From: an uncultured Gemmatimonadales bacterium
GTDB lineage: Bacteria; Gemmatimonadota; Gemmatimonadetes; Gemmatimonadales; GWC2-71-9
Assembly: GCA_963695555.1 (NCBI GenBank)
Contig: CAVOGR010000002.1
Location: 160,001-224,000 of the forward strand
Direction of reading: 5' to 3'
Length of the DNA: 64,000 nucleotides
Shown here: positions 28,813 through 39,627 of the stretch, piece after piece
How the letters are laid out: every line of letters begins with the position of its first letter
Numbering within the stretch: position 1 is the first letter of the stretch
Notes under the pieces: model-generated
Databases searched by the model: none
Seen by the model: the letters and a program-made list of their open reading frames with translations, nothing else
What the model was told of the DNA's origin: nothing
Translations under genes and position numbers: made by a program

Positions 28813-30233
28813 TGCGCGAGGTTGGCTGGTTTCTCCTCATCACCATTAATGCACTGGTACTCCTGTATTTCGTGGTGCTGAACTCGACCTATCTCATCAC
28901 CAGCGTAACCGCATTCCGGTCGCTCCGAAACTATGCGCGGCGCCTGAAGACCGTTGACATCGGCGAACTCATCCGGTCGGGCGCTGCGTTGCCAGTGACG
29001 CTGGTGGCGCCGGCATATAATGAAGAGGCCACCTGTGTCGAGGCGACACGCGCGTTGTTGACTCTCGAATACCCGGATTATGAAGTGGTGATCGTGAATG
29101 ATGGATCGACCGACGCCACACTCGCGCGCCTCATTGAAGCCTTCGAACTCGAGCAAGCACCACGCTTTCCATCAGCGTCCATTCCCACGGCACCAATACG
29201 CGCCACATATCGAAGCGCCCGGTACCGCAATTTGTGGGTGGTCGACAAAGAAAACGGCAAAAAGGCAGACGCCATCAACGCCGGACTCAATCTCACCCGG
29301 ACTCCCCTGTTCTGCGTCATTGACTCCGACAGCTTGCTGGAACCACAGGCCTTGATGCGCGTCAGCCGACCATTCCTGGAGGATGCGCGGACGATCGCCG
29401 CGGGTGGAATCATTCGAATCGTGAACGGAACAACGGTCAATCGAGGTCGTGTACAGGATGTACGGTTACCGAAGAGCCTGCTGGCCCGTTTCCAGATTCT
29501 GGAATACCTACGGTCATTCCACTCGGGGCGGTTGGGGTGGGCCGAGATGAACGCCACGATGATCATTTCCGGGGCATTCGGCCTGTTCCGCCGGTGGGTA
29601 GTGGTGGAGGCGGGCGGCTTCAGGACCAACACGGTCGGTGAAGACATGGAACTCGTGGTGCGGCTCCACCGCCATTGCCATGACAATGGGATCCCCTACC
29701 GAATCGTCTACATCCCCGATCCGGTGGCCTGGACCGAGTGCCCGGAAACCGTGAGGACCCTCGCGCGGCAACGCGACCGCTGGCAACGAGGCCTAGTCGA
29801 GACGCTGACACGCCACCGGACGATGCTACTGCGGCCACGATACGGAACGGTGGGCATGTTGTCGTATCCATACTTCTTTTTTCTCGAAATGATCGGCCCG
29901 GTCATCGAGATGTCGGGCTACCTCGCGTTTGCTATTACGCTGGCACTCGGGCTTGCCTCGGGAAGCTTCGTGCTTGCATTCCTGGCGCTCGCGATTGTGT
30001 TCGGGGTCGCTTTGTCGGTGGCAGCATTGGGACTCGAGGAACTGAGTTTTCGTCGCTACAAGCATACTGGCGACTTGGTTCAGCTCTTCTGGCTGGCCGT
30101 TGCGGAGAATTTCGGCTACCGGCAGCTCAATTCATGGTGGCGGATTCGAGGCATGTGGTCGGCCTTGCGCGGCAAGACGGCGTGGGGCGAGCAGAAGCGA
30201 AAGGGGTTTGATCGACAGGCCTCTCCACCGTGA
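28809..30233 (+). CDS. Processive GT2 glycosyltransferase (PgaC/IcaA-like polysaccharide synthase)
   Basis: PAYNEE, VNDGSTD, KADAINAG, IDSDS, GEDMEL, QRDRWQRG (QxxRW); C-terminal TM helices. Confidence 0.92.
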   Translation: MMREVGWFLLITINALVLLYFVVLNSTYLITSVTAFRSLRNYARRLKTVDIGELIRSGAALPVTLVAPAYNEEATCVEATRALLTLEYPDYEVVIVNDGSTDATLARLIEAFELEQAPRFPSASIPTAPIRATYRSARYRNLWVVDKENGKKADAINAGLNLTRTPLFCVIDSDSLLEPQALMRVSRPFLEDARTIAAGGIIRIVNGTTVNRGRVQDVRLPKSLLARFQILEYLRSFHSGRLGWAEMNATMIISGAFGLFRRWVVVEAGGFRTNTVGEDMELVVRLHRHCHDNGIPYRIVYIPDPVAWTECPETVRTLARQRDRWQRGLVETLTRHRTMLLRPRYGTVGMLSYPYFFFLEMIGPVIEMSGYLAFAITLALGLASGSFVLAFLALAIVFGVALSVAALGLEELSFRRYKHTGDLVQLFWLAVAENFGYRQLNSWWRIRGMWSALRGKTAWGEQKRKGFDRQASPP

Positions 30234-32692
30234 GCAACCGGCGCCGGTTGCCACAATCTGGGCGCTTCCTCATCGCGACCCTCACGCTGGCCCTCCTCGT
30301 CATCGGGCTCCGGAGCCGGATCGGCCGCCTGCCTCCGCTTGGCCCCCTGCTCGATCCGGTGCACGGCGTATGGGGCGTGGCACGCACGGCCGTGCCGCCG
30401 AAGGAAGCCACCATCGAAATTCCCGGCCTCGAGGGCCCGGTCGATATCCTGGTCGACTCGCGAGGAGTTCCCCACGTCTTCGCCACCACCGAGACTGACG
30501 CGTATCGGGCCCAGGGTTACCTCGTCGCCCGCGACCGGTTGTTCCAGCTCGACCTCCAAACCCGCGCCACCGCCGGACGCCTGACCGAATGGGTGGGCGC
30601 CGTGGCACTCCCCGCCGACCGTACCATGCGGGCCCTCGGGCTCGCGGACCATGCCGACCGCGACTTCGCCAGTCTCGACTCGCTCAGTCCGGAAGCGCGC
30701 GCGCTCCGCGCCTATGCCGAAGGTGTCAATGCATGGATCGACGGCCTGCGCCCTGGAGACCTGCCGCTCGAATACCGCCTCCTCGACGTTCAGCCAGGAC
30801 GGTGGCGGCCAGAGCACACGTTCTACTTGCTCCAGCGGATGAACTGGACATTGTCGTTCGGGCGGCACTCCCTCAACAGGCAGCGGGTCGCGGCACAGGT
30901 TGGTGCCGCTGCCGCCGACGTCCTCTTATCGGCCCAAAGCCCGATCCAAGAGCCGATCCAGCCAAACGGACAGAACAGACCCCGCTTCGACTTCGGGCCC
31001 ATCCCACCACCCGAGTTGTCGGACCATGTCTCTCCGGCACCGACCGCTCAGGTTGGAACTCCGCTCGACGCCGTCCTCGGCAGCAACAACTGGGCAGTGG
31101 CCCCCGGCCGGACCGCACGGGGCTACGCAATCCTGGCAGGCGATCCGCACCTCGAACTCACGCTGCCCTCGATTTGGTACGAGATCCACCTCGTCGTGCC
31201 GGGGACCTTGAACGTGTACGGTGCCACGATCCCCGGCGCTCCGGGTGTTGTTATCGGCTTCAACCGGGACGTGGCGTGGAGCTTCACCAATACCGAGGCC
31301 GACGTCATGGACTACTATCGAGAGACGGTCGACGACACGGTCTATCCCGCGGCTACTCGTCTCGACGATGAGTGGCAACCGGTGACGGCGCGGGTCGAGG
31401 AATATCGTGACCCGCGCGGGCAAGTGCTGGTGGCCGACACTTTCTTCACCTCACGTCGCGGCCCGCTCCGACAAATCGGTGGCCACTGGTTGTCCATGCG
31501 GTGGACGGCGCTCGAGCCGTCCCGCACTATGCGGGCGCTCCACGACGGTGCCCGGGCACAGACGATCGATCAGTGGCTGGCTGCCATGGAACAGTTCGAT
31601 GTCCCTCCCCAGAACCTGCTCGGAGCAGACCGATCCGGCAGCATCGCGATCCGTTCGACCGGCAAATTCCCGCTCCGGCCAGGCAACGTCGGCGGCCGGA
31701 TCATGGACGGCAGCACGAGCCGGAGCGACTGGACCGGCTTCTGGCCGGTGGAGCGCATGCCTGCCGCGCGCGATCCGGCTCAAGGCTACCTCGCGTCCGC
31801 CAACCAACAACCGCTCGATCCTGCGGTCGATAGCACCTACTTGGGGGCGGATTGGCGGGAGCCGTGGCGGGCGCTCAGGATCAATCAGCTGCTGCGGGCG
31901 AGGACGGCTGGACCCCCGAGGCCATCGCACGACTCCAGACCGACCCGGGAAGCGCCCGAGCGGACTTCTTCGTTCCCTTCTTCCTGGCGGCGGCGGATCG
32001 CTTGAACCCGGACGGAGGCGATCGCGAGCTTGGGAATGCCGCCCGCATGCTATCGGAGTGGGACCGCCGTTACTCCCGCGAAAATCAGCAGGCCATCTTG
32101 TTCGAGCTGGCCATGGACGAGTTGGCGAGCCGTGCCTGGGATGAACTCGACGCCGAGGGCGGGCGGCGCGTCTATCACCCGTCCTCAACGGCCCTCGCCG
32201 AGCTGCTCGCCGACTCCTCGAGCGTATGGTGGGACGATCGACGCACGCCAGCGCGAGAAACGCGGGATTCCATCCTCGGCCACAGCCTGCGCGCCGCATT
32301 CAGCAGAGCGACCGAGCGCTACGGCGAGCCCGAATCCGGTGGCTGGCGGTGGGACCGGGTGCGCACCATGCGAATCCATCACCTGCTCCGCATCCCGGCG
32401 TTGTCGGCATCTGGCGGTCCCAAACGCCGGAGGCACGGCTACCGTGAGCCCGATGACTGCAAGCGGGACGCACGGCGCCAGTTGGCGCATGGTCGTTGAA
32501 ATGGGGCCCGAGGTCCGGGCCTGGACGACCTATCCCGGCGGACAGTCCGCGAACCCGGCCAGTAGGTTCTATGACGACCGCATCACCCAATGGTCTGCCG
32601 GCGAGTTGGAGGCGGTGTTGCTCCCCATAGCCCCTGACGGCCTGAACCCCGATTCCGTCGTGGCACGTTTGGCGATGACGCGAGGCCGCTAG
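30230..32692 (+). CDS. Penicillin acylase family (S45 Ntn-hydrolase); two frameshifts (near 31897 and 32407)
   Basis: DSRGVPHVFA, RDRLFQ, catalytic GSNNWAV, GDPHL, SANQ; the C-terminal GASWRMVVEM and YPGGQSANP..YDD motifs are reached through two frame changes. Confidence 0.87.
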
Positions 32693-32697
32693 AGTCG

Positions 32698-33069
32698 ATG
32701 CGGACCCTGCTTCGGATGGTCCTCTTGAGTGGTGCCTTCGCGCTGGCCACGGTGGCGCTGGGCTGGATTGCGGTGCCCATCGTCGGCTTCCTGTGGGGCG
32801 TCATCGCGCGAGCCACTCGCCGTCCAGCGCTCACCGCCGCGGTCGCGGCCCTTGCTGCGTGGACCGTTCTCCTCGCCTGGACCGCCGTTACGGGCCGCTT
32901 ATGGGCCCTGCTCACGAGGCTCGCAGGTGTTTTTGAGTTTCCCGGCGTCGGCATTCTCCTCGTGACCCTGGCGCTCGCCGGCACGCTGGCGGGACTCGGG
33001 GCGGTGATGGGAACCTCGCTGTCGAGCCTAGGCCGATTGTCACCACCGCCGTCGGCCTCGCGGCTCTAG
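32698..33069 (+). CDS. Small integral membrane hypothetical protein
   Basis: Three to four hydrophobic helices; starts 5 bp after the acylase stop. Confidence 0.7.
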   Translation: MRTLLRMVLLSGAFALATVALGWIAVPIVGFLWGVIARATRRPALTAAVAALAAWTVLLAWTAVTGRLWALLTRLAGVFEFPGVGILLVTLALAGTLAGLGAVMGTSLSSLGRLSPPPSASRL

Positions 33070-33202
33070 CGCCCTGTTCCACCGCGGCATAAGTTTCCTT
33101 CAATCCGCCTGATGACGACCGACGCCCGCGATGCCGGGCGTTTTTCCACCCCGGACCCCGGGTAGGCGTCGCGATCGGCGCTGCACAAGGAGTTGGCCAC
33201 CC

Positions 33203-35347
33203 GTGGGTGACGTAACGGACATTCTTCTCGTCGGCCAGGACCAGCGCGACAGCGATCAGCTGCTCTGGGCGCTCGATATCCATGGAATGGCCCGTCGTAC
33301 CAAGGTGGTTCAGGTTGCCCAGGAAGCGCTGGACTGCCTCGTCCACACGCCGCCAGCCCTCATCCTGCTGGACATTGCTTCCCCGGCCAGCCCGGGCATC
33401 GAGGTGCTGTCGAAGGTCAAGGCGCACCCGGCGTTTCGGACCATCCCGATCGTCGCACTGAGTCGATCCGCCGATCCGGCCTTGGAGGCCGAGTTGACCC
33501 GGGCCGGTGTCAACAGCGTGGTGGTCCCACCGCGCACACCGGACAAGCTCCGCGAGGTCATGGGCCATGTCGTCCTCTACTGGATGTTGGTCAATCGCCC
33601 GGCCTTCAGTCCCATCCCGATACCGGCCCACCCACCAACCATCCCCGCAGAGAGGGCGAGCGAGCGGCTTCAGATCTTGATCGCCGACCGTAGCTTGGCC
33701 GACGCGGAGCCGGTCATCACCGCGCTCGAGGACGCTGGCTACCATCTTTCGATGGAGTTGGTGACCCAACTCGACGAGTTCGTGCAGTGCATTACCGAGC
33801 TCGAGTATGACGTCATCATCGCCGAGACCACGCTCCCACAATGGAGACTGTCCGACGCAATCGCCGCGCTCCGGGAACACGACTGCCCCGTCCCTTTGAT
33901 CATAGTCACCGGGACGCCATCGGCCGAGACGATGCGGGACGCGTTTGCCGCAGGAGCCCAGGATTACATCCGGAAAGATCAACTCGCTCATCTTCCAACG
34001 GCGGTCGCACGGGTGCTCCAGCAACGGGCGATTTTCGTGGCGGAGAAGTCGGAGCGACAGCGCGCTGTCGTTCGAGCGGAGCGGCAAGACCTGATCGTCG
34101 CCCTGTTGAAGACGGCCTGGGAAGCATCGGACCCGACAGTCGCCATCGAGGAAGCGGTCCGAGGGCTCGCGAGGGCCGTCTCCGCCGACGCCGGCGCATA
34201 CTTCGAGCTCCGGCCCAAGGAAGACCGGCTCTTCGTGCGAGCGGGCATCGACTGGCGTGAGGGAGTGGTCGGCCGCCTTACCATGGATGCCTACGCCGGA
34301 ACCGTGCTCGGCTTTGCCCTGGGGCAAGAGCCTCCCGTTCTGGTCACCGACTTCCACTCCGATCATCGATTTGCCACGCCTCCGCTGCTCAGCGATCATC
34401 AAATGCGAAGCGGACTCTGCGTTACCGTTGGCGGCGACGCCCAACGCGACGTCGGTGTCCTGGGCGTGTTCAGTAGGGTTTCCGGGCATTTCACCGAGGA
34501 CGATGAGGCCTTCACCCGTGAAATCGGCCGGGTCCTGACCCTGGTATTCCGCCGCGTGAGGGCTGACGAAGCGCCACGACTCCTCGACCACATGGCGGCC
34601 AACCTGGACCGGGGCATCATGATCCTCGGCCGCGACGGCCACAGCATGCCGGATGTCTTGTACGTCAATCCGGCCTTCACCAGCTTGACAGGCCTCGCGC
34701 CGAACGAGGTCGTCGGTGCCCCAGCCCACCACTTCTTACATCATCGTACTCGACGGACCGACCGCGTCACCATTCTGAAGGCCCTCAGGAAAGAGGGACG
34801 ATTCACTGGCGCCATCGACTTCGACCGAGTGGATGGGACGAGTTTCCGAGCCACCGTCAGCATCGCCCCATTGTCCACGACGGTATCGGCAGATACTCGC
34901 TGGCTCGTGGAAGCCCAGCCCTCTCCAGCACGGACGGACCGACGTCAGGCCACGAGCGAGACGATTCTCCTGGTCGAGCAGGAAGAGTCGATTCGGATCC
35001 AGGTTGCCGACATCTTGACAAAATATGGATACACCGTCCTTGCAACGTGCAATGCGGCAGAAGCGATGACCCAAGCGTCGGCGTGGAAGGGGCGGCTCGA
35101 TCTCCTCCTCACCGAACTCACCGAACTGGGGATCAGCGGTCCTCAGTTGGTGGAGCACGTTCGAGCGAAGCAGCCCGAAGTCAACGTGCTCTTCATCTCC
35201 AAGTACCGTGACCTGATGCTGGCCCTCCCCGACATGCCTGAAGAACGCATCGGGTGGCTCCACAAGCCCTTTCCGGACGAAGAACTCTTAGCCGGCGTCC
35301 GGCGGCTGCTGACGATCAGACGGGAAGAAGGGCAACACGGCCGCTGA
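33203..35347 (+). CDS. Signalling protein REC-REC-GAF-PAS-REC with no histidine kinase core
   Basis: SD AAGGAG before GTG 33203; Rcp1-like REC, second REC, GAF (PVLVTDFHSDHRF), PAS (YVNPAFTSLTG), C-terminal REC. Confidence 0.8.
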   Translation: MGDVTDILLVGQDQRDSDQLLWALDIHGMARRTKVVQVAQEALDCLVHTPPALILLDIASPASPGIEVLSKVKAHPAFRTIPIVALSRSADPALEAELTRAGVNSVVVPPRTPDKLREVMGHVVLYWMLVNRPAFSPIPIPAHPPTIPAERASERLQILIADRSLADAEPVITALEDAGYHLSMELVTQLDEFVQCITELEYDVIIAETTLPQWRLSDAIAALREHDCPVPLIIVTGTPSAETMRDAFAAGAQDYIRKDQLAHLPTAVARVLQQRAIFVAEKSERQRAVVRAERQDLIVALLKTAWEASDPTVAIEEAVRGLARAVSADAGAYFELRPKEDRLFVRAGIDWREGVVGRLTMDAYAGTVLGFALGQEPPVLVTDFHSDHRFATPPLLSDHQMRSGLCVTVGGDAQRDVGVLGVFSRVSGHFTEDDEAFTREIGRVLTLVFRRVRADEAPRLLDHMAANLDRGIMILGRDGHSMPDVLYVNPAFTSLTGLAPNEVVGAPAHHFLHHRTRRTDRVTILKALRKEGRFTGAIDFDRVDGTSFRATVSIAPLSTTVSADTRWLVEAQPSPARTDRRQATSETILLVEQEESIRIQVADILTKYGYTVLATCNAAEAMTQASAWKGRLDLLLTELTELGISGPQLVEHVRAKQPEVNVLFISKYRDLMLALPDMPEERIGWLHKPFPDEELLAGVRRLLTIRREEGQHGR

Positions 35348-35441
35348 GGCACAAGGGAAACGGTGTGACGCGAGAAGATTGAAGCCGAACAAGGAACCCA
35401 CCGACGACGTTTCAACCCACATGCGTGAGAGAGGTGACGAG

Positions 35442-36035
35442 ATGCGTGTCATAGTCATAGCAGCAGCGGTTACGGCAGCTGGGTTGCATCCGGCCATTGC
35501 CGGCGCCCAGGCAAAGCCGATCGCTGAGCAGATTGCCGAGGCTGTTTTTGCATTACCCGAAGCGGACCGCGGCGGGGCCAAGGTGTGGGGCTGGCAAGAC
35601 GGCGCGGAGACCATGGTCATCCTCCGGCCAGGAACCAATGATCATGTCTGCCTGGCGGACAAGCCAGGCGACGACCGATTTGAAGCGTCGTGCTACGATG
35701 CGCGCCTCGAGCCCTTCATGGCCCGAGGGCGGGAACTCCGTGCCGAGGGGAAGGGCACGGGGGAAGTCAGGCGAATTCGCCAAAGTGAGATCGATGTGGG
35801 AACGCTGGTATTGCCCGATAGCTCGCGTCTCATCTCGCTTCGCGGCCAGATCGACCCGGCCACCGGGCGGCCGGACAGTGTGTCGGTGCTACGAGTCGTG
35901 TACCTGCCCAATGCTACCGCCGAATCGGCCGGCGTGCCGGTGTCGGCCCCACGCGGCGAGCCCTTCCTCATGGAAGCGGGTACATACCGGGCTCATCTCA
36001 TGATCCCGAGCGGACGCGTTCCCTTTGCGCCGTAG
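35442..36035 (+). CDS. Secreted hypothetical protein
   Basis: Signal peptide ending AGAQA; LRPGTNDHVCLAD...CY...PF...GRELR; PFLMEAGT..AHLMIP. Confidence 0.75.
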   Translation: MRVIVIAAAVTAAGLHPAIAGAQAKPIAEQIAEAVFALPEADRGGAKVWGWQDGAETMVILRPGTNDHVCLADKPGDDRFEASCYDARLEPFMARGRELRAEGKGTGEVRRIRQSEIDVGTLVLPDSSRLISLRGQIDPATGRPDSVSVLRVVYLPNATAESAGVPVSAPRGEPFLMEAGTYRAHLMIPSGRVPFAP

Positions 36036-36147
36036 CCGTCGAGGGCGGACAGCCAGCGGTCGAGCCGTGACGCGAAAGTCGTTGGGGACGTGGGGCCCGC
36101 GAACCCGGGGGTCAGGTTCCAAAGAACCGGGGCAGTATCTCCGGGCC

Positions 36148-37368
36148 ATGCGGCGTGTACCGCCTCTAGCGCTTCTCGCTGCGGTCATCGTCCCGTCGAT
36201 GGTAGCGGCCCAGGTCGTTGGATCGCCTGCCCCACCGCCAGACTGGGCCGGTTTTACCCGTGCCTTTGACGCCTACGCGACTCGGGATAGCATCGTAGGT
36301 GCCAGCGTGCTCGTTCTGCGCGACGGTCGGGTTGAGGCCCGCCACAATTTTGGATGGGGCGATCGCGCGCTCGGTCAGCCGGCCGACACCAACACCATCT
36401 ATCATTGGGGATCGATCACCAAGACGCTCACCGCCGTCGCCGTGATGCAGCTCCGCGATCGCGGCCAGCTGACGCTCGACGATCATATCACCGACTACAT
36501 CCCCGAACTCAGGCAAGTGCACAACTCGTACGGGGAGATGAACGACGTCACCATCCGGATGTTGCTCTCCCACTCAGGCGGCTTCCAAGGCCCGACCTGG
36601 CCGTACGACCAGGGCGAGCCATGGGAACCGTTCGAGCCCACACGTTGGGAGCAACTCGTCGCGATGATGCCGTACCAACGGCTGTACTTCCCGCCTGGCT
36701 CCCGGTTTGGCTACAGCAACCCGGCGTTCATCTACCTTGCGCGCATCATCGAGCAGCTCACCGGGGATGCCTGGCAAACGTACGTTTCCAAGAACCTGCT
36801 CATGCCCTTGGGCATGACCCGAAGCTACTTCGGGACGACACCGTACTACTTGGCGCCGTTCCGGTCCAACAACTACACCGTGACCGCAAATAGCGCCGGC
36901 CGAGAGACGGTGCACGCTAACGGCCGCGATTTCGACCCCGGGATCACAATCCCGAACGGCGGCTGGAACGCGCCACTCGGCGACCTGGTCCGGTGGATTG
37001 CGTTCCTCACCAATGCCACGGGTGGCGACAGTGCGACCGTGCATCGCTATGACACGGTCCTCCGGCACGCAACGCTCGTGGAGATGTGGAAGGCCCGCTA
37101 CCTCGCCAGCGACCCGGTCGCTGACGCCGACCCCAACGCGGTCGCCGATTCCATGGGCCTGTCGTTCTTTATCCTGTGGCGGCATCGCACGCGTTTCGTC
37201 GGCCACACCGGAAGCCAGGCCGGCTTCCGATCGTTCCTGTATTTCGACCCAACGAACCGTGCGGCGGTGCTCGCCTCGTTCAATACCAGCAATGACGTCG
37301 GGCCCGAAGCGTCCGCGACCGGTTTCCGCGCCATTCGAGACGCCGCATTGAAGCTGATCGCGCCCTAG
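36148..37368 (+). CDS. Secreted serine hydrolase, beta-lactamase class C / D-aminopeptidase fold
   Basis: SITK (SxxK), LLSHSGG, YSN, GHTG. Confidence 0.9.
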   Translation: MRRVPPLALLAAVIVPSMVAAQVVGSPAPPPDWAGFTRAFDAYATRDSIVGASVLVLRDGRVEARHNFGWGDRALGQPADTNTIYHWGSITKTLTAVAVMQLRDRGQLTLDDHITDYIPELRQVHNSYGEMNDVTIRMLLSHSGGFQGPTWPYDQGEPWEPFEPTRWEQLVAMMPYQRLYFPPGSRFGYSNPAFIYLARIIEQLTGDAWQTYVSKNLLMPLGMTRSYFGTTPYYLAPFRSNNYTVTANSAGRETVHANGRDFDPGITIPNGGWNAPLGDLVRWIAFLTNATGGDSATVHRYDTVLRHATLVEMWKARYLASDPVADADPNAVADSMGLSFFILWRHRTRFVGHTGSQAGFRSFLYFDPTNRAAVLASFNTSNDVGPEASATGFRAIRDAALKLIAP

Positions 37369-37509
37369 GCTGCTGTGGATCCCGCCCGTTCCAGTCTTCG
37401 CAGGAAACCTCAGGAGTTTTGAGGTCGTAGGTACCGGGATCCGGTTTCCATCGTTACAATGGGAACCTTCCGAATCCGCGCCCGACAATCCGTAACCTGA
37501 GGTACTGCA

Positions 37510-39543
37510 ATGTCCCGTGTCGTTTCCAAGACGCTCCAATCGCTGACGGCCCTTGCCCTGTTTCCGGTGGCCGTCGGCGCCCAGTTGCCTGCCGCCAGTC
37601 CCGAGCAGGAGGCCGCCGGGCTCAAGGTGGCGCATGTGCAGATCGAGCCCAGTGCCCTCGAAATCACCCGAGGCGACACGGCGCGGCTGCGTGCAGTGGT
37701 GCATGGCCAAGATGGCAGCGTCATGCCCGGTGCGCAGGCCCTGTTCTTCTCCCCAAGTCGAGCCGTTCAGGGCCAGGGCATCGTCCAGGATGAAACCATG
37801 GTGGTTATCGGGCGTGAACCCGGCGAAGCGAATGTCCTGGTCTTTGTCCGAGTCCCGAGTGATTCGGCGAGTTTTCAGGGAATCGGCGGACTCAAACAGA
37901 TGGCCGCGGTTCCGATTACGGTCAAGGACTGGTCGGTCGCGCGAGTGGAGATCGAGCCACCCAGCTTCACTCCGTACACCGGCAGCACCTTTAAGCTCCA
38001 GGCTCGAGCCCTGACGGACCATGGCACCGAGCATTCCACCGCAAGGGTAGCCTGGCGAAGCGAGAACCCGGCGATCGCATCGATCACGCCAGGAGGCGTC
38101 GTCACCCCGAGCAAGGTTGGAACAGTTGCCCTCGTGGCAAGTACCGAGACCGGCGTGACCGCTCGATACTCGATGACCGTGGCGAAGAATCCGGTTGCCC
38201 GGCTGACAATCTCGCCCACGGCGGCGTCTGCCCGAACGGGTGACGTGGTGTCTCTCGACGTCCAGGCCCTCGACGGGAAGGGCCGGCCGGTTGATGGACT
38301 CGCGCTGGCCTATTCGGTGTTCGGCATCGACTCGGCCGGGGCGACAGTCTATCCCGACGGTGCCTTCGTCGCGGAGTATCCCGGCGCCTACCGAGTGGTG
38401 GCGAGCACCGGCGGTCAATCCGCCGAAGCTATCGTCGAAGTCACCCGGCGGCCCCCGCCAACCCCGGCCCAAAAGGTGGGACAAGGCGTGCGAACGGAAG
38501 TCTCGACGAGCGATCTCTGGGTCTTTGCGGGCAAGGATGGCCGGGACTACGCCTACACGGGGACCCACGCACAGGGCGGCGGTCAGCGCATGTTCGTGTG
38601 GGACGTTTCCGATCCGGCCAACATCCAGCTGATCGATTCGGTGGTGGTCGATGCCCGCGTGGTGAACGATGTCAAGGTCAACGCGGACGCTTCCTGGGCC
38701 ATCATCACGCGCGAGGGGGCGAGCACCCGCCAGAACGGGATCGTCGTGCTCGATCTCGCTGATCCGGCCCACCCCAAGGTCATTGCCGAGCTGACCGACC
38801 AGTTGACGTCGGGAATCCATAACGTGTGGATCAATGGCAACTTCGTGTATGCCGTCAACGATGGGACCGCGTCGATGAACATCATCGACCTGAGCGATCC
38901 CGCCCATCCACGTCACGCGGGTCACTGGGAAATCCGACCCGGCGAAAGCAACAAGACGCTGCACGATATCTGGTCGGACGGCACGTTCCTGTATCTGTCG
39001 TATTGGAACGATGGCCTCGTGATTCTGGACATCAGTGGACGTCACGGCGGGACGCCGACCGAGCCCGCGTTCGTCTCGAAGATTGCGTACAGTCAGGGAA
39101 ATACCCACACCGCGTGGCGGGAGGGGAAGTACGTCTTCGTCGGCGACGAGATATTCGGCTGCCCGGAGTGCATCAACGGTCCGAGGGGATACATCCATGT
39201 CATGGACGTGAGCGACATCGACACTCCCAAGGAAGTTGCGAAGTTCGAGGTGCCGGAGGCCGGCACCCACAACATTTGGGTCGAGGACGGCGTCCTCTAC
39301 ATCGCGTACTACCAGGGAGGCCTGCGCATCGTTGACGTCAGCGGCGAATTGCGGGGCGACCTCTACCGCCAAGGACGCCAGATCGGCTGGATTCCCACAG
39401 CCGCGGGCGACGGCGAGGCGTTGGTGCCAAATTCCCCCATGGCATGGGGACCACAACCCTTCAAGGGCCATATCTTCGTCAGCGACATGAATAGCGGTCT
39501 CTGGGCGGTCAAGCACGAGCGGCCGCAACCGCTGATTCCGTAG
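37510..39543 (+). CDS. Secreted protein with Ig-like (Big_2) domains and LVIVD beta-propeller repeats
   Basis: WRSENPAIASI Ig repeats; IVVLDLADP, LVILDIS, LRIVDVS repeats. Confidence 0.85.
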   Translation: MSRVVSKTLQSLTALALFPVAVGAQLPAASPEQEAAGLKVAHVQIEPSALEITRGDTARLRAVVHGQDGSVMPGAQALFFSPSRAVQGQGIVQDETMVVIGREPGEANVLVFVRVPSDSASFQGIGGLKQMAAVPITVKDWSVARVEIEPPSFTPYTGSTFKLQARALTDHGTEHSTARVAWRSENPAIASITPGGVVTPSKVGTVALVASTETGVTARYSMTVAKNPVARLTISPTAASARTGDVVSLDVQALDGKGRPVDGLALAYSVFGIDSAGATVYPDGAFVAEYPGAYRVVASTGGQSAEAIVEVTRRPPPTPAQKVGQGVRTEVSTSDLWVFAGKDGRDYAYTGTHAQGGGQRMFVWDVSDPANIQLIDSVVVDARVVNDVKVNADASWAIITREGASTRQNGIVVLDLADPAHPKVIAELTDQLTSGIHNVWINGNFVYAVNDGTASMNIIDLSDPAHPRHAGHWEIRPGESNKTLHDIWSDGTFLYLSYWNDGLVILDISGRHGGTPTEPAFVSKIAYSQGNTHTAWREGKYVFVGDEIFGCPECINGPRGYIHVMDVSDIDTPKEVAKFEVPEAGTHNIWVEDGVLYIAYYQGGLRIVDVSGELRGDLYRQGRQIGWIPTAAGDGEALVPNSPMAWGPQPFKGHIFVSDMNSGLWAVKHERPQPLIP

Positions 39544-39627
39544 CACGTTGTTCGACGGCACACGAGTCCCTCACCAGGCGTCGGTCCTCGATGCCGGGTG
39601 AGGGATTTCGACACGAATGAGGATTAC

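Noticed and set aside
32912..34732. 606-aa minus-strand ORF, and similar long antisense ORFs such as 10649-12133, 1825-3219 and 51014-52456
   Set aside because: They overlap motif-bearing genes on the opposite strand and show no recognisable domains.
36148..37368. Antibiotic-resistance island (beta-lactamase, plus vanX and macAB elsewhere in the window)
   Set aside because: Generic family members scattered among housekeeping genes; no vanHA, regulators or mobility genes.
36574..39561. 995-aa minus-strand ORF
   Set aside because: Antisense shadow of two well-supported plus-strand genes; no motifs; expected from high-GC codon bias.
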